Positions 51,313 to 59,833 of a DNA stretch of 64,000 bases are shown here, one piece after another. Source of the DNA: Candidatus Bathyarchaeota archaeon (lineage in GTDB: Archaea; Thermoproteota; Bathyarchaeia; Bathyarchaeales; Bathycorpusculaceae). Made by a program: the position numbers and the translations under genes. Each line of letters begins with the position of its first letter. Position 1 is the first letter of the stretch. Under the pieces are notes generated by a model. It did no database searches and was not told where the DNA came from. It was given only the letters and a program-made list of their open reading frames with translations. Where the stretch lies: contig CAWEPZ010000008.1 of NCBI GenBank assembly GCA_963811105.1, positions 54,936 through 118,935 of the forward strand. Reading direction: 5' to 3'.

Positions 51313-51960
51313 ATGAGTAGTAGAACTGTTAGAATTGGAATAGGCGGCGCAATAGGCTGCGGAAAAACCGAATTAATTGAGAAACTAGTCCCAAAACTTG
51401 TCGAGCAGGGTTTTAAGGTTGGAGCAATATCAAACGATGTTTACTCCAAAGAAGATGCCCGAAGACTTGCAGCAAGGCTTGGCAAAGATATCGACCCAAA
51501 TTTGATCTTAGGAATAGAAACAGGAGGATGCCCACACACAGCCGTAAGAGATGACCCGTCGATGAACATAGATGCTGCTGAGAAACTGGAGAAAGACAAT
51601 CCTGGCTTAGATGTTATCTTGATAGAGTCCGGGGGAGACAACATAACATTAACGTTTAGTCCAAAATTGGCGGACTTCTTCATTTATATGGTAGATGTAG
51701 CTGGCGGAGACAAAACGATACGTAAAGGGGGCTTAGGAATTAAGAAATCTGACTTGCTGTTGATAAATAAAATAGACTTGGCTCCTTACGTTGAATCTAC
51801 GATTCTAGAGTCAGGTGTAAAAACAGCCAACCTTGACCTTATGATGCAAGATGCAAAGAAACTAAGAGGCGACAAACCTACTCTTTTGCTGTCTTTAAAA
51901 GATGGTACCGGATTGGATGAATTATTGAAAATAATTAGAGAAAAGGCACTCTTTAAATGA
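51313..51960 (+). CDS. ureG: Urease accessory GTPase UreG
   Basis: GCGKT, ETGGCPHTAVRDD, ESGGDN and NKIDLA motifs. Confidence 0.96.
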   Translation: MSSRTVRIGIGGAIGCGKTELIEKLVPKLVEQGFKVGAISNDVYSKEDARRLAARLGKDIDPNLILGIETGGCPHTAVRDDPSMNIDAAEKLEKDNPGLDVILIESGGDNITLTFSPKLADFFIYMVDVAGGDKTIRKGGLGIKKSDLLLINKIDLAPYVESTILESGVKTANLDLMMQDAKKLRGDKPTLLLSLKDGTGLDELLKIIREKALFK

Positions 51961-52865
51961 CTCAGGAAGTCGTTCAAGACGTGATTCAAGATTTAACGGG
52001 TTTGCCATCAGCTTTCTCGGAATATGAAGCAGAACAAACAAGACTTGCAGTTGGGTCTGCTGGCAAAAACGCTGTTGCTGAATTGACGTTCATGAAATTC
52101 GGTGATAAAACATATCTTACTGACATTTACAATGAAGTTCCAGCGAAAATTCTAAGAGAACTATACTATGATCCCTATCTGCCTGGTTTGCCATACATTC
52201 TTTTTATGAACCCAACGGGTGGAATAGTGCAAGGAGACCGTTATTTCTACAAGATACAATTAAAAGACGGCGCAGAAGCGTTCATAACCGATACAATGGC
52301 CACAAAAGTATACAAAATGGATTTGAACTATGCCAGCAAAGTGGTGGATGTTTATCTTGGAAAGAACAGTCGATTGGAGTTTCTGCCAAGGGAAACTATG
52401 GCTTTTGTAGATTCCCGTTGGTATCAAAGAGTTACGTTCCATGTCAGCGAAGGCTCAAAATTTTTGTATTGCGATATATTTTGTCCAGGTCGAATTGAAC
52501 GGGGAGAATTTTGGGACTTTGAAATTTACTCCTCAAAAGTAATCATTGAAAAAAACAAAAAACTCGTACTTAATGAAAGTACAACATTCACAAAGAACGA
52601 CAAAGATTCTCTCGACATTATTTTTGGAAATAACAAATTTTACCTGAAAGCATACTGGTATTCAGACAATGCTGTTAACGCCAAGAAAAAGATTGATTTT
52701 CAAAATACATATGGTGGAGCCACACAAATGGCTAACAACCAGGGGCTCATAATAAAAGCGCTTTCAAATGAATTAAACGAGTTAAAGCAAATTCAAAGTA
52801 ATATCTGGAAGGTTTTTAGAAAAACCGAGACTGGGCTAGAAGTTCCCGAGCTTCGAATGTATTGA
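51957..52865 (+). CDS. ureD: Urease accessory protein UreD
   Basis: NPTGGIVQGD, ATKVYKM, LEFLP and PGR..RGE motifs. Confidence 0.92.
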   Translation: MTQEVVQDVIQDLTGLPSAFSEYEAEQTRLAVGSAGKNAVAELTFMKFGDKTYLTDIYNEVPAKILRELYYDPYLPGLPYILFMNPTGGIVQGDRYFYKIQLKDGAEAFITDTMATKVYKMDLNYASKVVDVYLGKNSRLEFLPRETMAFVDSRWYQRVTFHVSEGSKFLYCDIFCPGRIERGEFWDFEIYSSKVIIEKNKKLVLNESTTFTKNDKDSLDIIFGNNKFYLKAYWYSDNAVNAKKKIDFQNTYGGATQMANNQGLIIKALSNELNELKQIQSNIWKVFRKTETGLEVPELRMY

Positions 52866-53018
52866 CTTTATCACAAAGCTCACATTATGATTAAATCGAA
52901 TTGTTTAATTGTTCTTTGAATGCCATTATTCTCATGGACTTCCGTTAGAATAAATATAGAGGCCTTGATCATTCAAATTTGAATAATTTACTGTAGCGAG
53001 GATAAAAGTGATTAGAAA

Positions 53019-53843
53019 ATGTTCACTTCTGAATCCGAGAAAAAACAAAAGAAACGTTTCTTGGAATCATTAAAGATGATCTCGGAATTTGAGGTCCCCT
53101 GGAAAAAGGATTTTGACGATCCAAAGCTTGAGTTCAGGCGACTATTCTCAGAGACTATGGGAACATTTTTTCTTGTATTGGTTGCTGTGGGAGGAAATGT
53201 AGTTTATCTCATGAATGTTGGTGCAGTTAGCCCTATCGCAGATGTTGTGGCACCTGGTCTGATGGTAATGGCGATTATTCTGTTCATGGGAAATGTTTCT
53301 GGAGCGCACCTAAATCCAGTTGTAAGCCTCGCTTTTGCTGCTAGGGGTGACTTCCCGTGGCGTAGAGTCCCAGGGTACATATTAGCGCAATTGACTGGAT
53401 CGGTTGTTGCGTGTTTATTTTTATTTTTAATGTTCGGTAAAATAGGCACATTTGGAGCAACTCTGCCAGGGGCTGGAATAAATGATTTTCAGGCATTTTT
53501 AATGGAGATTATACTTACGGTTGGTTTAATAAGTACGATCTTGGGCACTGCGTCAAAAGCTCAGAATGTGGGGCCGCTCTCAGCGCTTGCTGTTGGAGGT
53601 TATATAATACTCGCAGGACTCTGGGCGAGTCCTATTAGCGGAGCGTCTATGAATCCTGCACGCTCCTTTGGCCCACAACTAATATTGTTAAATTTCGCTC
53701 ATTTCTGGTTGTATGTCGCGGGGCCGATTATTGGCGGATTCATTGCGGTTGGATTAGCCTACATTCTACGGGGACGGGGTGGGGACATTGGGGGAATCAA
53801 AGCGGCTCAAGGAACTCTTGATGAGGCTCAAACATTGAAATAA
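53019..53843 (+). CDS. MIP-family channel (aquaporin-like)
   Basis: SGAHLNPVVS and SGASMNPARSFGP motifs. Confidence 0.93.
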   Translation: MFTSESEKKQKKRFLESLKMISEFEVPWKKDFDDPKLEFRRLFSETMGTFFLVLVAVGGNVVYLMNVGAVSPIADVVAPGLMVMAIILFMGNVSGAHLNPVVSLAFAARGDFPWRRVPGYILAQLTGSVVACLFLFLMFGKIGTFGATLPGAGINDFQAFLMEIILTVGLISTILGTASKAQNVGPLSALAVGGYIILAGLWASPISGASMNPARSFGPQLILLNFAHFWLYVAGPIIGGFIAVGLAYILRGRGGDIGGIKAAQGTLDEAQTLK

Positions 53844-54176
53844 TTATTGTTTGTCTCATGACTTTTCTTTTGATCGCGAAAACTCTCGGCAGGACAAGTT
53901 TCTGAATTCTTATTTCTTGTTGGGCGCGCGTTATGGAGAGCCAGATTTTTATCATTGAATTTTCGTCAATTCTTTAATTCGTTTTTGCACATTTCCAAAG
54001 ATTTCTTTTCCCAAGCTCTCTAAAGAAAGCTTTTCGTTTAAAGAGGATATATGGTGCCAATTCAATGTCTCCGGTGACATAATTACTTCTTTGAAGAAAT
54101 GCACCTTGAGTTATCGAGGAGAAAATCTATTTAAACAATTAGTCTTCGTTTAATACCTTCTAGTTTTGAAACAAAA

Positions 54177-54219
54177 GTGACTTGTTGCTGTCTCGCTACA
54201 CTCACATATGCTTAAGAAA
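54177..54219 (+). promoter_or_regulatory. 43-bp duplicated promoter, copy 1 (TGTTGC-N6-GCTACA plus TATA-like element)
   Basis: 38/43 identical to 54818-54860. Confidence 0.75.
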
Positions 54220-54255
54220 GCTTGACCTGATTATGGCTTGTTTAGGTGTTAAGTT

Positions 54256-54438
54256 ATGAGCGACAAAAAGCTTCATCAGCCCCACACGTTGGGCGCGCCT
54301 TCATCTCAAGAGATACCTGTGAGCGGAGTAGAGCCGAACCAGATTCCTTGTCCAGAATGCGGCAAAACTTTCAAGACCAACTCGGAGATGGAAAGACACA
54401 GAGATACAACGCACCACGAAACAAAAGGACACGAGTAA
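54256..54438 (+). CDS. C2H2-type zinc-finger protein
   Basis: CPECGKTF.....M.RH....H. Confidence 0.8.
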   Translation: MSDKKLHQPHTLGAPSSQEIPVSGVEPNQIPCPECGKTFKTNSEMERHRDTTHHETKGHE

Positions 54439-54442
54439 GAAA

Positions 54443-54772
54443 ATGAGCAGATCAGCGATATCTATTCCTGCTAAGTGGGAACAGTTCCTAAAACAGTTAG
54501 CTAACGATCACCAAGTTGACCTGAATAGTGTTTTCAGTGAATTGTGTGAGTGGGCTTTTTCTAATCCTGAAGGCAAAAAACAGTTTAAACTCTGGTTAGA
54601 CGATGCTTTTCCTCCAAAAGGCGAAGCTGAAGACCAAGCACAAGCGGCAGGCGCCAGAGAAAGAGCACGCAGAGAAGAGGCAGAAGAAGAGTCCGAAGAA
54701 GAAGCTCATGAAGACGAAAACTACAACGAGGACATCGCCGGAGAGAACATCAAAGGGGAATTCAATCCCTAA
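54443..54772 (+). CDS. RHH-like N-terminal domain with acidic tail
   Basis: AISIP..W..FLKQLA....VDLNSVFSEL, followed by a Glu-rich C-terminus. Confidence 0.6.
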   Translation: MSRSAISIPAKWEQFLKQLANDHQVDLNSVFSELCEWAFSNPEGKKQFKLWLDDAFPPKGEAEDQAQAAGARERARREEAEEESEEEAHEDENYNEDIAGENIKGEFNP

Positions 54773-54817
54773 ATTGAGCAAACAAAGTTCTCTAACCACA
54801 TGAGTCTTGGAGCTAGG

Positions 54818-54860
54818 GTGACTTGTTGCTGTCTAGCTACAGCCACATATCTTTAAGAAA
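54818..54860 (+). promoter_or_regulatory. 43-bp duplicated promoter, copy 2
   Basis: GTGACTTGTTGCTGTCTAGCTACAGCCACATATCTTTAAGAAA upstream of the PRC-barrel gene. Confidence 0.75.
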
Positions 54861-54907
54861 ACTGGAACCAACTTTTAGAGTAGAGACTTCAAAAAGGTGC
54901 GCGCATT

Positions 54908-55630
54908 ATGTTACACAAAATCAAAACGCTAAAAGGTTACAAATTGGACAGCCTTGATGGGGAAATAGGGAAGGTCAAAGAATTCTACTTCGATGACACG
55001 TACTGGACAATTCGCTATTTGGTTGCCGATTCAGGGAATTGGCTCTCGGACAGACAGGTGCTGATTTCCCCGCATGCGTTGCTCGCAGTGAATAAAGAAG
55101 AGCAAAACATAATCATTAATTTAACCAAAAAACAGATCGATGACAGCCCACCATTGGAAAGTGATAAGCCTGTCTCCCGACAATACGAGAAAGCCTACCA
55201 TATGTATTATGGCTGGCCGATGTATTGGGTTGGCCCAAACATGTGGGGACGTTATCCCTATATTGAGCGTGATCGTGAAAAATGGATAGAATCTACCCCA
55301 GCTGAGGAAAAGTGGGATCCTCATTTGCGCAGTTCTAACGCTGTGAGTGGTTATCACGTTCAAGCCTGCGACGGCGAGATTGGTAACGTTGAAGATTTTA
55401 TTGTAGATGACGAGGCGTGGGCGATTCGTTATCTAATCATCAATACGCGGAACTGGTGGCCGGGAAAAGAGGTACTGGTTTCGCCAAAATTAATCGAGCG
55501 CGTTAGTTGGAGCGAGTTGAAAGTGTTCGTCAATCTCACTCGCGAGGCCATACGGCAGTCACCCGAATACACCGAGTCCGTACTAGTAGAGGTAAAATCT
55601 GATATACCTGTACTGCACTCGGGACTGTGA
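54908..55630 (+). CDS. Tandem PRC-barrel domain protein
   Basis: Two copies of GY.....DGEIG.V..F..DD..W.IRYL. Confidence 0.92.
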   Translation: MLHKIKTLKGYKLDSLDGEIGKVKEFYFDDTYWTIRYLVADSGNWLSDRQVLISPHALLAVNKEEQNIIINLTKKQIDDSPPLESDKPVSRQYEKAYHMYYGWPMYWVGPNMWGRYPYIERDREKWIESTPAEEKWDPHLRSSNAVSGYHVQACDGEIGNVEDFIVDDEAWAIRYLIINTRNWWPGKEVLVSPKLIERVSWSELKVFVNLTREAIRQSPEYTESVLVEVKSDIPVLHSGL

Positions 55631-55643
55631 GATGCGATTACCT
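55519..55643 (+). repeat. 125-bp direct repeat, copy 1 (3' end of the PRC-barrel gene)
   Basis: Near-collinear with 59553-59677, e.g. GCAGTCACCCGAATACACCGAGTC and TAAAATCTGATATACCTGTACT are identical. Confidence 0.9.
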
Positions 55644-55784
55644 GCGCATTCATCTGGTTGGTCTCAGGATTTACATTGGAACCAAAGGCATAAAACTATC
55701 TGCAATCTCCTCGGTCCCAACAAAAATCAGCAAAAGGTAAAGGCAGTCGAAAGTCAGCCACTTCAGGGTCTTTTTGCCGGGTTT

Positions 55785-56099
55785 TTATTGGGTGCTTGTG
55801 TCCACGCTAACAGCTCTGTAATACAGTTCTTCTCCAATTGTTTTTTTGGTTGTTCTGGTTTCAACGGATCCTTCTTCAGTTAAGTTTTCTAAAGTACGGC
55901 GGAAAAGGGACTCTGGAGCGTCACCATAACCTTCCATAACCACCTGAATAGAATATCCTGTGCCTTCTATTATTTCCTTAATATCGAAAGCTTTATCCGG
56001 ACTCTTGTTCAAAAAAGACAAAATTTTTTCCTTTAATGCATATACTTTTTTTCCCGAATTCCAATCAGCCATATCTTCTGGCGTTTTCTCACTCTCCAA
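55785..56099 (-). CDS. Winged-helix-like protein
   Basis: ILSFL...PDKAF..KEI...TLENL.EEG.V....LYYR. Confidence 0.65.
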   Translation of the reverse strand: MESEKTPEDMADWNSGKKVYALKEKILSFLNKSPDKAFDIKEIIEGTGYSIQVVMEGYGDAPESLFRRTLENLTEEGSVETRTTKKTIGEELYYRAVSVDTSTQ

Positions 56100-56223
56100 T
56101 TATCAACTTGGCCCTTTCGGGTATAATACTTTTTTGTGAACTTTGAAAATCAAGGTGTTTGTAACTATTTCCTTCTGTTAATAACTTTGTGATCGCATAC
56201 TGCAACAACAATTAATAGTTATA

Positions 56224-56335
56224 GATCACGCGCCTGCTTGTTCAATACATAACTTGAAATTTCAAGCGAATCATCTGCCTTCGCGCCACCAAAAATAAAT
56301 ACGCATGGCTTCTCTGGTTTTTCCAAAATCTTCCT
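56224..56335 (-). pseudogene. pgk: Phosphoglycerate kinase internal fragment
   Basis: RKILEKPEKPCVFIFGGAKADDSLEISSYVL contains the PGK GGAK motif. Confidence 0.7.
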
Positions 56336-56781
56336 CAAGGATCAGCCATTTTAACCGTAATATGATTAATCACAGCGCCTACTAAAACAAGGAAGAAGTA
56401 GAAAGTGTAGAAAAAATTAAACCGATGAAGCCTGATTTCTTTCATCATTCTAGAAAAATGTAAATAGTTTTTAAGGCGGAAAATACTTATCTTCAATAGG
56501 AGTTGTCTCGTTTTGTCTAGACGATCTATTTCTAAAACAGAGAAGACTAAGAATGGCAAATTCCTATGCCAATTAGATGGGCAGACATTTGATACGAAAG
56601 CCGACTTGGATAGGCATTTTCGTATGGTCCATATCGCTGAAACGGGTCTGGTATAAACTTTCTTTGAATTGTAAGTTATCATTGTTCACTGGCTAAGCAC
56701 AACAGTTACTTTGTATCATCGATTACGAAAAGCGCGCACGGTTCACCCTCATCTTAGCTGTACGTTTTCTCCGATACAGGT

Positions 56782-57153
56782 TTATTCTTTTTTCAGTTCA
56801 CCTTTTGCTTTTTCCAAAGCTTCAGATTGCTCTTCGTTTAAAACAGGATATTTTAAATTCAGCTTCTCGATTTGCGACACTATAATCTCGGAGATTGATG
56901 CATGGGTGACCCATTTCTTGTCTGCAGGGATAATATACCATGGTGCCCATTGAGTGCTCGTCTGATTAAGGACGTCTTCGTATGCTTCCATATAATCTGT
57001 CCATTTTGAGCGCTCTGAAAGGTCCGTGAGCGAAAATTTCCAATTTTTGTCAGGGTCTTCGAGGCGCTTAAGAAAACGCTGTTTCTGCTGCTGCTTTGAG
57101 ACGTGGAGAAAGAATTTTAGCACTATCGTTCCACTGCGAAATAGGTGCTGGTA
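56782..57153 (-). pseudogene. ppk2: Polyphosphate kinase 2 C-terminal fragment
   Basis: VLKFFLHVSK..QK.RF..RL.DP.KNWKFS..D..ER and APWYIIPADKKW; the N-terminal P-loop half is absent. Confidence 0.85.
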
Positions 57154-57214
57154 GCGCAGGCTGTTGAGTACCATAGAAAACCTTATTTTCGTTCACCAGC
57201 GTATTCTGAACACT

Positions 57215-57631
57215 ATGCGCACAGTTAAAGAAATAATGAAACCTGTCGTCAATATAGGTCCAAACCAGACAGTCTTAGAAGCTGCTAACCTCATGAAGGA
57301 GTCTAATAGAGGCAGTTTGCTGATTGTTGATGGTAAAATTACTGTTGGCATCATAACCGAGAGAGATCTAGTTATAAGATTCATCGCAAGAAACCTGCCT
57401 CACACTACTCCAGTTTCAGAGGTCATGTCATCGCCACTAATAACAATCAACGCTAAGGTTACCCTGAAGAAAGCTGCCAGAATTATGGCCGAACATAGGA
57501 TAAGACGACTTCCAGTCACGGAGAGCGGAGGAGTGAAAGGAATTCTAGTTGCATCTGACGTACTGCGCCAACTGTCCACCAAAACTTTAGCCGAGAATGT
57601 CTGGGAAGCCCTTGGTGTAGAGCACCCGTAG
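57215..57631 (+). CDS. CBS-domain pair protein
   Basis: VGIITERDL and IRRLPV motifs. Confidence 0.9.
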   Translation: MRTVKEIMKPVVNIGPNQTVLEAANLMKESNRGSLLIVDGKITVGIITERDLVIRFIARNLPHTTPVSEVMSSPLITINAKVTLKKAARIMAEHRIRRLPVTESGGVKGILVASDVLRQLSTKTLAENVWEALGVEHP

Positions 57632-57888
57632 CAAGTTTAATCGCGCACGCTTTCCTATCCATAGCATTTTAATTATTGAAGTGCACCCTCTGAAAACTCG
57701 TCCGCGTTTAGGCCGAAATTGAATGCGTCCAAAAAGCAGTTTGTCGCCTCTTCCAAGAGCATACGCTTCACGTATGTTTACTCTGGTTTGCCCATTGAAG
57801 TAAAGTCTACCTACGCCTCAAACATTATTGAGCTCTCCAAGCGTGGCGCGCTCATTTGGGCTATTTGTTTGTGATGGGAAAAAAGATG

Positions 57889-58815
57889 TTATTTTGCGTA
57901 TGCCTCGACAAGGTCGCGTGCCGTTACGATGCCTACTATCTTCCCATTTCTGATGATGGGCAGCCTTCTAATATGTTTCATTGCCATTGTGACCGCGGCG
58001 TGGTGAACGCTTGTTCCAGAAGTGGTGGTGATTAGCGGCGACGAGATTTCTCTGCCCACTTCTGCAGTTAACGGCTTGCCTTTAGCCAAGAAGGTGCTGA
58101 GCAAGTCTCGCTCCGTGAAAATCCCAAACGGGTCTCCTTTACTTGTGACTATGACGCTGCCGATATGCTTCTCACCCATCATCTTGGCTAAGCTTGCTAC
58201 AGGGGTTTTCTCGTCAGCGGTCACAACTTGTTTGGTCATGAAATCATCAACTTTGACCTCGGTTTCAGGAACATCTGGTAGACTCCTGATGAGGTCTGCC
58301 GCCGTTACAACTCCAACAAGTTTTCCACCGCAATCGAACACTGCGAGCCTGCCCTTCTTTTGGACCATTATCTGAGCGGCTTCCTTTATCTTGACCGTTA
58401 GTCCTATCGTAATTAGCGGATACGACATTGTAGCCTCAACTTTTTCCTCTTTAAGGGTTTTTCCAAAAGCAAAAACTTTGCTGAGCATGTCCCTCTCAGT
58501 GACTATGCCCACAGGAGTATCATACTTAGTTACAATCAGGCTTCCGATGTGCTTCTCGCCCATTATTCCCGCGGCCTCAGCCATTGATGCTTCAGGGACG
58601 ATTGTGACGATGTCTCGGCTCATGATTTCCTTTACTTCTTTGTAACGCGATAGGTCACGATGGTACTGCCCTCGCTTCTCTATGTCCAAGCATTCATCAC
58701 AGAGGTCAGAGCTCGGTCTTGTCGAATGCCTTTGGATGACTTCACGAGGATATTGCTTGCAGCTTTTGATCCAATGCCATCGGTCAGGTGCAGGTCCCTT
58801 AACATATTCATCCAT
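57889..58815 (-). CDS. Four-CBS-domain protein with N-terminal His/Cys mini-domain
   Basis: WHW..SC..YP...LCDEC followed by two CBS pairs. Confidence 0.88.
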   Translation of the reverse strand: MDEYVKGPAPDRWHWIKSCKQYPREVIQRHSTRPSSDLCDECLDIEKRGQYHRDLSRYKEVKEIMSRDIVTIVPEASMAEAAGIMGEKHIGSLIVTKYDTPVGIVTERDMLSKVFAFGKTLKEEKVEATMSYPLITIGLTVKIKEAAQIMVQKKGRLAVFDCGGKLVGVVTAADLIRSLPDVPETEVKVDDFMTKQVVTADEKTPVASLAKMMGEKHIGSVIVTSKGDPFGIFTERDLLSTFLAKGKPLTAEVGREISSPLITTTSGTSVHHAAVTMAMKHIRRLPIIRNGKIVGIVTARDLVEAYAK

Positions 58816-58883
58816 TCAAAAACCTCCACAATATGATTAATGTTACAACTATTATTTTTGATTTGTCATGCTTGATATTTTTT

Positions 58884-59420
58884 AGCGGAAGCAATAGCGC
58901 TCAGTGTTGTTTCTTCTCTTGCGCTTGTTGCTAAACCCAAACTGATTTCTTTGCCAATCCAACAATTGCTTGATGGGACGATTGGAGCTGAAATAGCAGT
59001 CTCCTTAATTACTCCAGCCGTAGTTGTAGGAACAGGGTTCGCTCTTAGTCAACCAGAAATATCTTTCCAAGCTCTTGGTTTACTCGTAATCAACGTGATT
59101 TGTCTGGACTTCATAGCTATGTTAGCTTTGTATCTCCGAGGAGTTGGGCTAAAACCACTGCAGCTTGCAAAAGAAAATAAGAGAGACGACAGAAAAAATC
59201 GTAAATAATATTGTTGGAGCAGCTGATAAAATTTCGACGGATGTGATCCTTCATAGACAGAAAAAAGCTGATGTTTTTGTTCAGGTTGAGGCTTCAGAGG
59301 GTCAATGTGGCTCATCTCAGTTGCTCGCAGAAAGAATTTCTGCAGAAATAAGTAAGGAAACTGGTATTTCGAACAAAATAAAATTTTGGTTATTCCAATT
59401 TGCGTCTTTACCTCTTGAAC
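58884..59420 (+). pseudogene. DUF389-like membrane protein C-terminal fragment, frameshifted
   Basis: IGAEIAVSLITPAVVVG and LLVINVI motifs; no N-terminus. Confidence 0.55.
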
Positions 59421-59552
59421 AATTTAGAAAGTCTTTGCCTGAATTTGACACTCGTAGATTAATTGCGAAGATTTTATACTTATTATGGTCTGGCATATCA
59501 CGATGGCGAAAGCTCTCCTAATCATTTTTGGAAAACAAGAAATCTGCTTTGG

Positions 59553-59677
59553 GAAGGTCTTTGTCAATCTTACCCGCGAGGCCACCAAGCAGTCACCCGA
59601 ATACACCGAGTCTCTGCTAGTAGAGATAAAATCTGATATACCTGTACTACACTCGGGACTATGAGATGCGATTGCCT
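59553..59677 (+). repeat. 125-bp direct repeat, copy 2 (orphan PRC-barrel 3' end)
   Basis: Matches 55519-55643. Confidence 0.9.
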
Positions 59678-59735
59678 CAACATTACAATCGCCAATCTAC
59701 AGGGTGCTATAAACTTGTGTATGTTAGTTTCAATA

Positions 59736-59812
59736 GCGTCATAGGCGCGAGCGACTTAGGTGCAATCCTCTTTGAGAGATCCTAAAAGTCGCTGCCTCAA
59801 GCGGTGACGAGG
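59736..59812. other. GC-rich multi-hairpin element (sRNA candidate or ATPase 3' UTR structure)
   Basis: AGCGACTT/AAGTCGCT stem enclosing AGG/CCT and CTCT-TTG-AGAG, with flanking small hairpins; TATAAA at 59708. Confidence 0.4.
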
Positions 59813-59833
59813 AAATGAAACTGTCCATCCAGT

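Noticed and set aside
56335-56682. 115-aa ORF between the pgk and ppk2 fragments
   Set aside because: No recognisable motif or RBS in a decayed region.
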